Origin: Candidatus Dojkabacteria bacterium
Lineage (GTDB): Bacteria; Patescibacteriota; Dojkabacteria; J137
Reading direction: 5' to 3'
Assembly: GCA_040006935.1 (NCBI GenBank)
Contig: JBDTVZ010000003.1
Span: 139,988-203,987 of the forward strand
DNA: 64,000 nucleotides
The notes beneath the pieces were generated by a model, which did no database searches, was not told the DNA's origin, and was given only the letters and a program-made list of their open reading frames with translations. The position numbers were made by a program, and so were the translations under genes. This document shows positions 10,262-20,112 of the stretch, in pieces. Each line of letters opens with the position of its first letter. Position 1 is the first letter of the stretch.

Positions 10262-10801
10262 TTAGTCATTGGTATCCTCCACCTTAGCATTTAGTTCTAG
10301 TGCTTGCCTAATAGATTTTAACCCTCTCTTTTGAGTGGTTTTTACATAATTCATGTCCTTGCCAAGCTTCTGCGCTATTTCTTCTAAACCAAGTTTCTCT
10401 ATAAATCTTAGCCTAATAACCTCTCTCTGCTTGGATGGAATTTGATCTAGAATTTTTAAAAGCTTTTCTTCTGGCGTCTCTTCATTCTCGGCAGTCCTTA
10501 CAACCTCTGCGGCATATTCTTCAAAATTCTCATCTAAGGCGGAAAATGGAATTCCTTCTTGATATTTCTTTCTTAAATATTGCATAAAAATATTTTTACC
10601 CACACCATAAAGGAATGCAGTAATATTATCAACTTGCTTGTGCTCATTAAGCAATTTTACAAAAGTAAGAAACGTTTCACTTGTTAGGTCCTCAGCAATA
10701 TTTTTATTTAAAGTCTTATAGTAGAAGAACTTATAAATACGATCAAAGTGGCTATCGTATATAAGTGATAAATCGTTTTTACTTACTCTTTTGTTTCCCA
10801 T
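10262..10801 (-). CDS. ECF RNA polymerase sigma-70 factor
   Basis: Region 2 AEDLTSETF..AFLYGVGKN; region 4 QREVIRLRFIEKLGLEEIAQKLG. Confidence 0.92.
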   Translation of the reverse strand: MGNKRVSKNDLSLIYDSHFDRIYKFFYYKTLNKNIAEDLTSETFLTFVKLLNEHKQVDNITAFLYGVGKNIFMQYLRKKYQEGIPFSALDENFEEYAAEVVRTAENEETPEEKLLKILDQIPSKQREVIRLRFIEKLGLEEIAQKLGKDMNYVKTTQKRGLKSIRQALELNAKVEDTND

Positions 10802-10889
10802 CTAGTTCTTTTAAGACTTTGTGATGACTTACATCAAACAATTTTTTCTGATATATTCAATTCAGATTATACATTGTTTTTCTAAGTAT

Positions 10890-11510
10890 ATGGTTTCCAA
10901 AAAGATTCTGCCTTTTGACTTTGCCCTCAACAAAGTAGTTTGGTTGCTTACTTTATCCGACATTTTTACTTGGGGACTTAGTCTGGTCATTAATGGATTT
11001 ATTGGTCTGTATCTCGCACAAAGATTTGGCATTGATGCCATTCAAATGGTGGGGATTGGAACAGCTTTTTTTTACGGAGCAAGAGTAATTACACAAATTC
11101 CAATAGGAATTATTAGTGATAAAATTAAAAAAGATAAAGATGATATAACCTTCCTTTTCTTTGGTAACTTATTAATGGGGGTACCGTATTTATTTTTCCC
11201 ATCGATTTCATCACCACTAATGTTTTACTTTCTTCAATTCATAATAGGATTTGGAGGAGCAATGAATTTAGTAAATTGGAGAAAACTATTTGCTGCAAAT
11301 CTTCAATCGCAAAAAGAAGGTCTATCTTACGCAACATATGATAGTGTTATGAGTTTTGCAATGCTTATATTCAGTATTTTTGCTGGAGTTCTTGCAGGTA
11401 TAGGCAAAGATTATTTTGACCTAGTTATGATATTAGTCGGCCTACTAACAGTTTCGAGTGGTTTATGGGCGATTTTAATATTCTTCGATAATAAAAGAAA
11501 GTCAATGTGA
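10890..11510 (+). CDS. Half-size (~6 TM) MFS-like transporter
   Basis: QIPIGIISDKIKKD resembles MFS motif A; ~206 aa from MVSKK. Confidence 0.7.
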   Translation: MVSKKILPFDFALNKVVWLLTLSDIFTWGLSLVINGFIGLYLAQRFGIDAIQMVGIGTAFFYGARVITQIPIGIISDKIKKDKDDITFLFFGNLLMGVPYLFFPSISSPLMFYFLQFIIGFGGAMNLVNWRKLFAANLQSQKEGLSYATYDSVMSFAMLIFSIFAGVLAGIGKDYFDLVMILVGLLTVSSGLWAILIFFDNKRKSM

Positions 11511-11619
11511 GTATTATTAGAGATTATTTTGACGCCAGCATATCTTGCCAAATTCATCAAAATACGTAATACTATTAAGGTAAACTCAATTTGAGTTGTA
11601 TTCTTTAATCTAAAATTTC

Positions 11620-12954
11620 TTGACAAGATTTATTAATAAACAAAAAGCATTAATATCGAACCTTCGCGCAGGTAATCCATCACAAAAAATTAAAGTTATA
11701 GGTGTAACTGGTTCGAGAGGCAAAACTGTAGTAACCGAACTACTCTATCATCTATTTAAAAATGCTGGGATGAAGGTGGGTTTCATTTCCTCTACTGGGT
11801 ATACAGACAACATGGAAGAAGTTCAAAACGATTTAAGCGCAAATTTTGTTGAGGCGGGGGAATTGCATACCCTTCTGGATTCTATGATTAAGAATCAACT
11901 AGAATTTGCAATTGTAGAAATGACAGCTAAAAATTTACTGGATAAAAAATACGAAGGCTTAACCTTAGATTCAGGAATTATTACAAATATAATTGGAGAT
12001 GATAGTTCATATTTCCAAGATTGGTTTGAATATGCCAACACAAAGCTTGAATTCATAAGCAAAATTAGAGATAAAGGATTACTTATTCTAAATGACGACG
12101 AACCTCAAGTTGTAAATTGGCTACTATCCCAAGGCGATAATTTAGACAGAGATGTTTACGTTTACCCAATTTCAAGCAACGAAACTAAAGTTGAAGAACA
12201 GAATTTAGCACGAGGTTCTACGTTTGTTTGGGACGATAGAAAAATAATTACACCAAGTAGTCATAAAAATGCAATATTAAATAATATTCAAGCAATAAAA
12301 TTAGCTGAATCCTATAAACCGGATCCTAAAATGGCTTCATATACAGAAAATTTCAGTATACCTAAAGGAAGAATGGAAGTTATCGAAAGTAATCCATTTA
12401 CCGTGATAATTGATTATGCATATACTCCATCGATGCTTGAAGATTCCCTGGAACATATCTCGGAACTTAAAGATCCAAACGCAAAAATAATAACCGTATT
12501 TGGTTGTGCAGGAGAAAGAGAACACACAAGACGTCAAATGGGAGCAATCTCTGCTAAGTATAGTGACATTACAATACTAACTGCGGAGGATCCAAAATCA
12601 GAAAAAGTTTTTGATATTAATTCAGAGATTGTTGAGGTTGCACAAAATTATGGAGGAGTGCTTGTGGAGAGAATAAGTTCTACTGATGAATATAAAATGG
12701 TAAATAAAGATAATTTAAAGCAAAGAATCGAAAGAGTTACTACAAATCAAGATCATCCAATTGTTGCGTTTGATGCAGATGATTTTACTTCAAGACTAGA
12801 TGCAATCAATTTTGCCATTAAACACGCACAGCCAGGAGATGTAGTTTATATTACTGGGAAAGGCCACGAATCCACTTTGGCTTTTGATGGAATAGAATAT
12901 GAATGGAGTGATCATGAGGCGGTGAAGGTAGCATTAAATCAGCTAACAATTTAA
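11620..12954 (+). CDS. murE: MurE-like Mur ligase
   Basis: IGVTGSRGKT P-loop, PKGRME, IIDYAYTP, VFGCAGER, TAEDPKSE, ITGKGHE. Confidence 0.8.
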   Translation: MTRFINKQKALISNLRAGNPSQKIKVIGVTGSRGKTVVTELLYHLFKNAGMKVGFISSTGYTDNMEEVQNDLSANFVEAGELHTLLDSMIKNQLEFAIVEMTAKNLLDKKYEGLTLDSGIITNIIGDDSSYFQDWFEYANTKLEFISKIRDKGLLILNDDEPQVVNWLLSQGDNLDRDVYVYPISSNETKVEEQNLARGSTFVWDDRKIITPSSHKNAILNNIQAIKLAESYKPDPKMASYTENFSIPKGRMEVIESNPFTVIIDYAYTPSMLEDSLEHISELKDPNAKIITVFGCAGEREHTRRQMGAISAKYSDITILTAEDPKSEKVFDINSEIVEVAQNYGGVLVERISSTDEYKMVNKDNLKQRIERVTTNQDHPIVAFDADDFTSRLDAINFAIKHAQPGDVVYITGKGHESTLAFDGIEYEWSDHEAVKVALNQLTI

Positions 12955-12979
12955 AAGATCCCAATTGTTATTCAAATTT

Positions 12980-13288
12980 GTAGGGAACGTCAACCGTGCC
13001 TGCCTTGCATGTCGGCAGACACGGTCGGCATCCCTCGAGATTCGGAAAGTAAAATTTGCTAACGAGTTTTAAAATATGGACAGCCCAAACCCCCTGGTTT
13101 GCTTTTGGGGCTGTATGACCTCACCCTAACCCTCTCCTTGAAAGGAGAGGGAACATCACTTGGGATTCCAGCCTGCATGAAACCACGTAATAGTTCTGCA
13201 GGCCATTATTTTAGATTTGCTGTATCAATGAGATTGCTTCCCTTCGACTGCGCTCCGTGCCTGAGGCAGGTAAGCAGGCCGCAATGAC
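12980..13288. repeat. Cluster of REP-like palindromic modules in convergent intergenic gap
   Basis: ACCGTGCCTGCC/GGCAGACACGGT; CCCTCTCCTT-GA-AAGGAGAGGG; GAGATTGCTTC...CGCAATGAC (related to 1397-1478). Confidence 0.65.
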
Positions 13289-13315
13289 ATTTGGTATAGT
13301 AAGATTTCGATTCCT

Positions 13316-15523
13316 TTAATAAAATTTCAACATATCTAATGCTTTCGTTTCGACATTATTCTCTTCAATATATTTCTGTTCGTTAGAGATTAGTCTTCCC
13401 TTCAATTCTTCATCACTTAATATTTCATCAACTCCAGATGCAACTGATTCTGAGGAATTATTTTCTATTCTAAAGCATTCGTCTTTAAATTCTGAAAACT
13501 GTTTTATATTTGTAATTATTACGGGATTTAATGCAGCTAATCCTTTCCTGACTGCTGCGCTTGCGGACTCTCCAACATCTGAATAATTAAACACACTTAA
13601 ATCAGAGCTCTGGAGTAATATTTCAATTATTTCATCGGGTAAAAAATCTGTGAAGAATCTTACATTTTCGCCAAGTTGTTCTTCCTGGATTGTCTCCAAA
13701 CATTTTTTATACAATCCACTGGAATGTATATTATTCGCACTTACTGCGTTTAAGCAAAGTAATAAAATATCAGGATATGTTTTCTTTAAGGTTTCCACAG
13801 CCCAAATCACTTCGGGAATTCCTTTGTTTGTATTTAGCAAACCATGAGTTGCGATTATAGGAAAATAATTATTTAATTCTAATTTATTTTTTAAAATATT
13901 TTTATTTCTCTTTTTGAATATAATATTAAAATGTTTGAATAAAACAATATTATTTAAGCCCTGGCTTGCGTACTCATAATCCTCGGTATTATGAATCAAT
14001 ACTTTATCTGCAAGTTTAAGGCCACCAACTTCTTTAATAAAATCAAAGTTTGTATTTCTCACTGCATGTAATGTTACTATTACTTCAATTTTTTCACTTT
14101 TCAAACTTTCAATCAACTTTGTCAAGGACTGAGGCGAAAAGTAATTTCCTGAATGATATTGAATATGAACAATATTAATATTTTTTTCTTTTGTAAATTT
14201 TAAAAATTCTGCAAAATTTTCTTCTCCAGTTTTCCAAAGTCTTAATACATTAGAATCATCTTTATCCGATCTATCAGCAATATCTTTATTCGCTACAAAA
14301 TAAAAAGATTTGAACGAAGACTGAATGGACTTATAAAGATCTTCTGAATAATCTGCGATTCCGCTCTCATCGTTGATTGGTGTAATTATTGCAATATTTT
14401 TCTCTTTCAAATCCGCTATCTTTTCAATTTCATTTACAAATTCTATAGTTTTCACAGCGGAGTTATTCCAAGTATATTTATCTGCAGTTTCACTAGCTAA
14501 TTTAATTTTATGCTCAAATTTTTCTGGATGGTCGTAAATTTCTCTCATTTTATTTCCTAAATCATTCACATCAGGCTCAGCCCATTTTGCACCAAGATTT
14601 ACAAGCTCAGAATCTTTTGCAAATTCAAGTTTGTAATCAACCAATATCGAATTGGTTTCATTACAAAAATCTAAGTAAGCACTGTAATTCGTAGCAATTA
14701 CAGGAGTCCCCAAATACATTGCTTCAAGTATCGGCAGTCCGAATCCCTCTGCTCTGCTTGGATAAACTTCACAGTCGGCTGTTGAATGTAAATTAGCAAG
14801 ATCTTGTTCTGTTAAATCTGGATTATTAATATGAATAACTTCTGGAGAATTTTCTTTCTTTAATTGAGTCAATAATTTATCAACTTCATTATCTGGTCCA
14901 GGGAAACTTTTTATTATTAAAGTTACATCGTCTTCATTAGTAAATTTATCAAAATATGCTTTTAAAAGAACGTCAATACCTTTTCTTTTCTTCGCAGTAC
15001 TTATGTGTAGGAATTTAAACTTCTTATTAGTTTTTAATTCATAAGGAGAAGTCTTTATATTCAGTAAAGAATCATCTAAGGCATTTGGAATAACTTTAAT
15101 TGGAACACTTATGCCAGAATTAATCAAAATATCTTTAGTGAAATTACTAGCAACCATTACACCGTGAATATTTTCGTTTATCTCTTTAACCCAAATTTCA
15201 GGATACACCGATTCTTCCCACGCAATATAAATAAATTTAATCTTTCCAGGAAGATCTTTAAGTCCATGTAAATTAGAAATACCTTTAGGAAAATTATTAT
15301 AAATCACAACATCAGTTTCGTTTCTATTAAATTGAACAAGATCTTTTAATTCTGATCTTGAATTTAATTCTTCAATAGTTGGAACAAAATCAATTTTATT
15401 TTTCTCTCCGTAAAAATTTACCTTGTAAGAATTTAATTTGGAAAGAGCAATTCCTAAGCCTCGATTAACTCGAGCAAGACTATAGTTTGTAAAATATGGA
15501 CCGACAATTTGAAGAGTTTTCAT
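13316..15523 (-). CDS. Tandem two-module GT4 glycosyltransferase
   Basis: PSRAEGFGLPILEAM in module 1; second GT-B module SGIADYS...NKGIPEVI...SASAAVRKGL. Confidence 0.88.
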   Translation of the reverse strand: MKTLQIVGPYFTNYSLARVNRGLGIALSKLNSYKVNFYGEKNKIDFVPTIEELNSRSELKDLVQFNRNETDVVIYNNFPKGISNLHGLKDLPGKIKFIYIAWEESVYPEIWVKEINENIHGVMVASNFTKDILINSGISVPIKVIPNALDDSLLNIKTSPYELKTNKKFKFLHISTAKKRKGIDVLLKAYFDKFTNEDDVTLIIKSFPGPDNEVDKLLTQLKKENSPEVIHINNPDLTEQDLANLHSTADCEVYPSRAEGFGLPILEAMYLGTPVIATNYSAYLDFCNETNSILVDYKLEFAKDSELVNLGAKWAEPDVNDLGNKMREIYDHPEKFEHKIKLASETADKYTWNNSAVKTIEFVNEIEKIADLKEKNIAIITPINDESGIADYSEDLYKSIQSSFKSFYFVANKDIADRSDKDDSNVLRLWKTGEENFAEFLKFTKEKNINIVHIQYHSGNYFSPQSLTKLIESLKSEKIEVIVTLHAVRNTNFDFIKEVGGLKLADKVLIHNTEDYEYASQGLNNIVLFKHFNIIFKKRNKNILKNKLELNNYFPIIATHGLLNTNKGIPEVIWAVETLKKTYPDILLLCLNAVSANNIHSSGLYKKCLETIQEEQLGENVRFFTDFLPDEIIEILLQSSDLSVFNYSDVGESASAAVRKGLAALNPVIITNIKQFSEFKDECFRIENNSSESVASGVDEILSDEELKGRLISNEQKYIEENNVETKALDMLKFY

Positions 15524-15540
15524 TTATTCTTCTTAAAATA

Positions 15541-16137
15541 TTACATCTTAACAAACTCGTCTGGATTACCAAGTAGAAGAACAATGTCCTGCATCATTAA
15601 ATCCAAAAGTAATTGATCTCTTCGTCTCTTTCTTAATTGAAACTCAGAAGGTTTTAAAACCATGTAATGAATTTCTTTGTTGAATTCATATTGAGCTTTT
15701 GTAACAATATCTTCCAGAACTTTTAAATCAACATTTCCAACAATAACCATATCAATAATCTGAACTCCCATGAAGATTCCTTTTGTGAAAGAAGGAGTTA
15801 GAAATGCATATTCAATTTCACCAAGCCTCTTCTCGTTATTTATAATTTCCCCTCCTAGTCCATATGATTTATGGAAAATTCCAATGAGTTCACTAATAAA
15901 AGGATGGTTGCCATTTAGTTCAAAATATTTTCTATTTCCTTTTGCTTCGGATTTAACAATCTTTGTTTCCTCTAATCTACTCAATTCCCTTCTCACAGCG
16001 TTAATTTCTTCTTTTAATTCTCTTACTGCACCTCGTAAATGAATAGGTTTGTCCGGATTCATCAAGAAATACCTTAGAGATTTAATCCTGACTTTTGATA
16101 TAAATATATGCTCTAAAGATTTTATAGTTAAGCTCAT
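15541..16137 (-). CDS. Winged-HTH protein with degenerate nucleotidyltransferase-like domain
   Basis: SKVRIKSL..HLRGAVRELKEEINAVRRELSRLE..GNRKYF; C-term IDMVIVG. Confidence 0.7.
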   Translation of the reverse strand: MSLTIKSLEHIFISKVRIKSLRYFLMNPDKPIHLRGAVRELKEEINAVRRELSRLEETKIVKSEAKGNRKYFELNGNHPFISELIGIFHKSYGLGGEIINNEKRLGEIEYAFLTPSFTKGIFMGVQIIDMVIVGNVDLKVLEDIVTKAQYEFNKEIHYMVLKPSEFQLRKRRRDQLLLDLMMQDIVLLLGNPDEFVKM

Positions 16138-16300
16138 TTAAATAGATCTAAAAGTTTAAATATTAGATAGTATAATAAATTTGCTCTGTATAGTCTATAC
16201 GTTTTGTAAAAGAAGGAGATTTTAGATGATAAAGTAAAAATAAAAATTGCTCGCAAGCCAAAAAACCTACGAGCAATCGAATACATTGCTACTACATTTA

Positions 16301-17395
16301 TTAAATACTATCGTTATTCATGATTTGAATTAAATCTCTATTAAAATAAAGATTATAAATCCCACTTTTACCAGCTTCTATTAAACCAGTCTCAGCAAGT
16401 AACTTTAGGTTTCTACTTGCAGTATCAGCACCAACATTCATAGTAGTACTAAGCAACTTCGGCGAAATTACAGGAAAAGTAAATAATTTATCTACAATCA
16501 TATCCAGATTATGTATCAGTTTTGTAGATTCACTACTTCTTAATTTTTCTAAGAACTTATCGTAAGTATCATTAACTTTTGTTACTAATTCTAATGTTGC
16601 CTTAGACTGACTGTAAAATGCATCAAGCATGAAAGAAATATATGCTTCCCAATTGCCAAGAGAAGTAACTTCATTAAGAACAGTGTAGTATTCAGGTCTG
16701 TGTTTATTTATATAGTTACTAACATATAAAATAGGTATCCCAATTACATTATCCTCAACCAATTGTAAAAGCATCAAAATTCTTCCAGTTCTACCGTTTC
16801 CATCTCCAAAAGGGTGAATTGCTTCGAACTGATAATGACATATAGCACACTTTATTAATGGGTCTAAGTCATTAGTACTTTTATCATTGACGTAATTTTC
16901 CCAGTTACTCATATAATCTGGAATAGAGCTAGATATAGGAGGGGTATAAACAATAGAACTAGTACTTTTGTTCATTATTTGATTTTGTAAATTTCTGTAA
17001 CTACCATCTCCTGAAAGTAATATTTTTTGTATACCTGTTATTAGTCTTGTACTTAAACCCAATTCAGAGAGATTTTTAAATCCCCACATTGCTGCATCTC
17101 TATATTTTATAACCTGGCTTTCATTAGAACCTCTTTGTGATTCGGGAAAAACTTCATTTTGTAAAACATCAATAATTTGTGTCTCAATATTTTCGATTTT
17201 CGAACTATCAACGGCTTCTTTAATTAATGTAGGGTAAGTTAAAAGCAATGGCTCAGGAATTGAACGACATGCACCCTTTAATTCCCCAAGGAGGGCTCTA
17301 GTATTACCAATTTTCTCAAAGAATTTACTTTTATCAAAAGTAGCATTTGTTGGTAATTTAGCCAGTAGATGGGGCTTATTTGGATCAAAAGTCAT
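16301..17395 (-). CDS. Fic family protein (class II) with C-terminal wHTH
   Basis: HPFGDGNGRTGR; inhibitory SKIEN motif; start MTFDPNKP placed downstream of consensus promoter. Confidence 0.92.
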   Translation of the reverse strand: MTFDPNKPHLLAKLPTNATFDKSKFFEKIGNTRALLGELKGACRSIPEPLLLTYPTLIKEAVDSSKIENIETQIIDVLQNEVFPESQRGSNESQVIKYRDAAMWGFKNLSELGLSTRLITGIQKILLSGDGSYRNLQNQIMNKSTSSIVYTPPISSSIPDYMSNWENYVNDKSTNDLDPLIKCAICHYQFEAIHPFGDGNGRTGRILMLLQLVEDNVIGIPILYVSNYINKHRPEYYTVLNEVTSLGNWEAYISFMLDAFYSQSKATLELVTKVNDTYDKFLEKLRSSESTKLIHNLDMIVDKLFTFPVISPKLLSTTMNVGADTASRNLKLLAETGLIEAGKSGIYNLYFNRDLIQIMNNDSI

Positions 17396-17420
17396 AAGAT
17401 TTAAATAATATTTATATTTA

Positions 17421-17536
17421 ATTATACCCAACACATTGGATTTTGTCAAAATATCCAATGTGTTGGCTCTGATACATTGGATGATACCATGTGTTATTAA
17501 AAATACATTGTATTCTTTATAAGTATCCAATGTGTT
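17421..17536 (-). promoter_or_regulatory. Consensus sigma70 promoter of fic overlapped by inverted-repeat operators
   Basis: TTGACA (17449-17444)-N17-TATAAT (17426-17421); ACATTGGAT-N11-ATCCAATGT and ACATTGTAT-N11-ATCCAATGT. Confidence 0.8.
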
Positions 17537-17540
17537 CCAG

Positions 17541-17570
17541 TAAAAAAGAGCCCATTTGGGCTCTTTTTTA
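17541..17570 (-). terminator. Intrinsic terminator after recA (symmetric)
   Basis: TAAAAAAGAGCCCA-TT-TGGGCTCTTTTTTA. Confidence 0.9.
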
Positions 17571-17584
17571 GATTTTACTTTCTT

Positions 17585-18619
17585 TTAAACCATTCCCGCA
17601 GCTTTCTTTACCTCTGTCCAAACTTCTTTTAATAATTTTTGATCTTTTTTCAAAAGTTCTTTCACCCCTTCTCTTCCTTGTCCTAGGTTTTCACCGTTTC
17701 TTTTAAACCAAGCTCCTGCTTTTTCAATAACATTGTATTTCAAAGCAGCGTCTAATAAACTAGAAACTTTATCAATACCCTCTCCGTGAATAATTTCAAA
17801 TTCTGCTTCTCTAAATGGAGGAGCAACTTTGTTCTTAACAATTTTGACTCTTACTACATGTCCAATAATATTCTCATCTTTAGTAATTTTCTCTTTAGAT
17901 CTAATATCCATTCGGATAGATGCATAGAATTTAAGCGCATTTCCTCCAGTTGTAGTTTCTGGATTTCCAAACATAACTCCAATCTTCATTCTCAATTGGT
18001 TGATAAAAATAATTGTGGTGTTTGTTTTGCTTGCTATACCTGTAATTTTTCTTAATGCTTGACTCATAAGTCTAGCTTGTAATCCCATATGTGAATCTCC
18101 CATTTCACCATCAATTTCTGCTTTAGGTGTTAATGCAGCAACAGAGTCGACAACAATAATATCCACAGCACCTGATCGTAAAAGTGTTTCTAAAATCTCT
18201 AATGCTTGCTCACCATAGTCTGGTTGAGAAACTAACAAATCGTCAGTTTTAATTCCTAATTTTTTTGCATAACCTGAATCAAATGCATGCTCAGCATCAA
18301 TAAATGCAGCAATCCCACCAGCTTTTTGTGCTTCAGCTAAAATACTTAAAGCTAAAGTAGTTTTACCAGAAGACTCTGGACCATAGATTTCAATAATTCT
18401 TCCCTTTGGAACTCCACCAGTTCCTAGTGCAATATCGAGCGACAATGCTCCTGTTGGAATAGAATCTATTTTCTTGATCTTATCTTCAGCTAAAGTCATA
18501 ATTGCACCTTCGCCGTACTGCTTGGTTATTTGAGCCATAGCCATTTTTAAGGCCTCTGCTTTGGCAGTGTTAGTAGTCTGAATTACTGGTTTCTCTTTTT
18601 CATCGGAATGTTTTGCCAT
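17585..18619 (-). CDS. recA: Recombinase A
   Basis: [40 protein letters not shown]. Confidence 0.99.
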   Translation of the reverse strand: MAKHSDEKEKPVIQTTNTAKAEALKMAMAQITKQYGEGAIMTLAEDKIKKIDSIPTGALSLDIALGTGGVPKGRIIEIYGPESSGKTTLALSILAEAQKAGGIAAFIDAEHAFDSGYAKKLGIKTDDLLVSQPDYGEQALEILETLLRSGAVDIIVVDSVAALTPKAEIDGEMGDSHMGLQARLMSQALRKITGIASKTNTTIIFINQLRMKIGVMFGNPETTTGGNALKFYASIRMDIRSKEKITKDENIIGHVVRVKIVKNKVAPPFREAEFEIIHGEGIDKVSSLLDAALKYNVIEKAGAWFKRNGENLGQGREGVKELLKKDQKLLKEVWTEVKKAAGMV

Positions 18620-18782
18620 AAGTTAGCTAAGTTAATATGTATTTGATTTATAAAAGTTTTGTATTACTATTTTAATCGATTTTAGGGTAGTAAGACAAGT
18701 TTTATATTCAACTGTAAATCAAATCTTAATCTACAAGTATTCGATTTTAGAATATATGAACTTGGAATGTCAAGAAGAAATG

Positions 18783-20021
18783 TTATTTTAAGAGTAGCTG
18801 TTCGAAGAAATATAATAATTTTCGAAAAGAATTATTCTCCATTCTCATAGTATATATAGGATTATAGTATTTTCTTAATAGTGATTTTAAGAAGGGAATC
18901 TTAATTAAATTTTTCTCCCATGTATCTTTAAATTCAAAATAACCTAATTTTAAATGGTAGTTAAAAGAAGGTTTTGAAAGTTTATTTAGATATAAGTTAT
19001 GCCAAATATTATGCGTAAAGTATTCTGAGCCTTTTATACATGAGAAGAATTTAAATCTTTTATCTTCTGTATAAATATTATTGAAATCTTGTTGATTAAA
19101 CTCACTATCATGACCAATACCTTTCTTGTAACTTAGAACAAATACTGGTTTTTGAATAGCATTAAATTCTATGAATTTATCCACGTATTCGTTATTTTGA
19201 CCTCTTTCGTTTGGGAGGGAATGGTTTTCGAATAAGATGTAATCTTGGTTCTTTTCTAAAAATTTAATATCTGTTCCAAACATTTCTTTTGAATTAAATT
19301 TAGGATCAAAACTATTTGTCCCAAACTCCATTTTACCTTTATGGACAATTTCTGAAATTTCTGAAATAAATTGATTTGTACTTTTAACCCTAAATTTAAG
19401 ATATTCAGAAGTGTTTAAATCTTCTATCACATCAGGAATCTCTTTAGAATAGTCATTATAGAATTTATTGATACAAACACTACATTTGCATCCAGCAAAT
19501 GTAAATAATTGATTCGAGCTGTAAGAAGGAATGGGAATTTGCCCCATTTGAATATTATCTATAAATATTCCATCAAATCCAAGGTTATAGGTTTTCTGAA
19601 TTTTTTGAATTAAATAATTTTTAAATTCAGGATTATTCAAACAAACAACCTTTCTCCCTCTATAATAAGAAACTAATCGTCCTTTCTCATCTTTGCAAAA
19701 CCAATCTTTATCCTTATAGTCTTCGTAAACTAAATTTGTACCTTGAATGTAAGCATGCAATTTAATCCCTAGTTTCTTAAAATTATCTAATTTAGATAGC
19801 AGAAAATCGTATTGCTCTTGCTCACTTTTTTCCGAAAATCCCCATGAATATGAAGCCCAAAAATCGGTAATATTGAAAATCTCTTTAACCTTAGCCAAAT
19901 ATTCATAGTCATAACTTTTCATCAAACTACCAATATCAATTTTAGGATTGAAGAATTTTAAATTAGTCATTCGAATTGTATCTGGTCCAGCCCAGCAATA
20001 GTAGCCTACACGATCATTCAT
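18783..20021 (-). CDS. Putative glycoside hydrolase-like TIM-barrel protein
   Basis: KKLGIKLHAYI, VCLNNPEFKNY, GFDGIFIDN, GCKCSVCINKF. Confidence 0.6.
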   Translation of the reverse strand: MNDRVGYYCWAGPDTIRMTNLKFFNPKIDIGSLMKSYDYEYLAKVKEIFNITDFWASYSWGFSEKSEQEQYDFLLSKLDNFKKLGIKLHAYIQGTNLVYEDYKDKDWFCKDEKGRLVSYYRGRKVVCLNNPEFKNYLIQKIQKTYNLGFDGIFIDNIQMGQIPIPSYSSNQLFTFAGCKCSVCINKFYNDYSKEIPDVIEDLNTSEYLKFRVKSTNQFISEISEIVHKGKMEFGTNSFDPKFNSKEMFGTDIKFLEKNQDYILFENHSLPNERGQNNEYVDKFIEFNAIQKPVFVLSYKKGIGHDSEFNQQDFNNIYTEDKRFKFFSCIKGSEYFTHNIWHNLYLNKLSKPSFNYHLKLGYFEFKDTWEKNLIKIPFLKSLLRKYYNPIYTMRMENNSFRKLLYFFEQLLLK

Positions 20022-20060
20022 AAATAATTGTTAATTAAAGAAAGTATATCAGTTTCAAAA

Positions 20061-20088
20061 TAAAAAAAGACACCCTTGCGAGTGTCTT
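20061..20088 (-). terminator. Intrinsic terminator after tig-HD operon
   Basis: Minus strand AAGACAC-TCGCAAGG-GTGTCTT followed by T-run. Confidence 0.75.
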
Positions 20089-20112
20089 AAAGAATTCAAA
20101 ACTAGATTTATT

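Noticed and set aside
13099-13287. 62-aa ORF, and similarly 24527-24718
   Set aside because: Both are translations of palindromic repeat DNA with non-ATG starts and atypical composition.
17396-17530. N-terminal extension of the Fic ORF
   Set aside because: The region holds the consensus promoter and operators; the start is more likely 17395.
18620-18782. Possible LexA/SOS box upstream of recA
   Set aside because: No convincing palindrome or known box could be identified.
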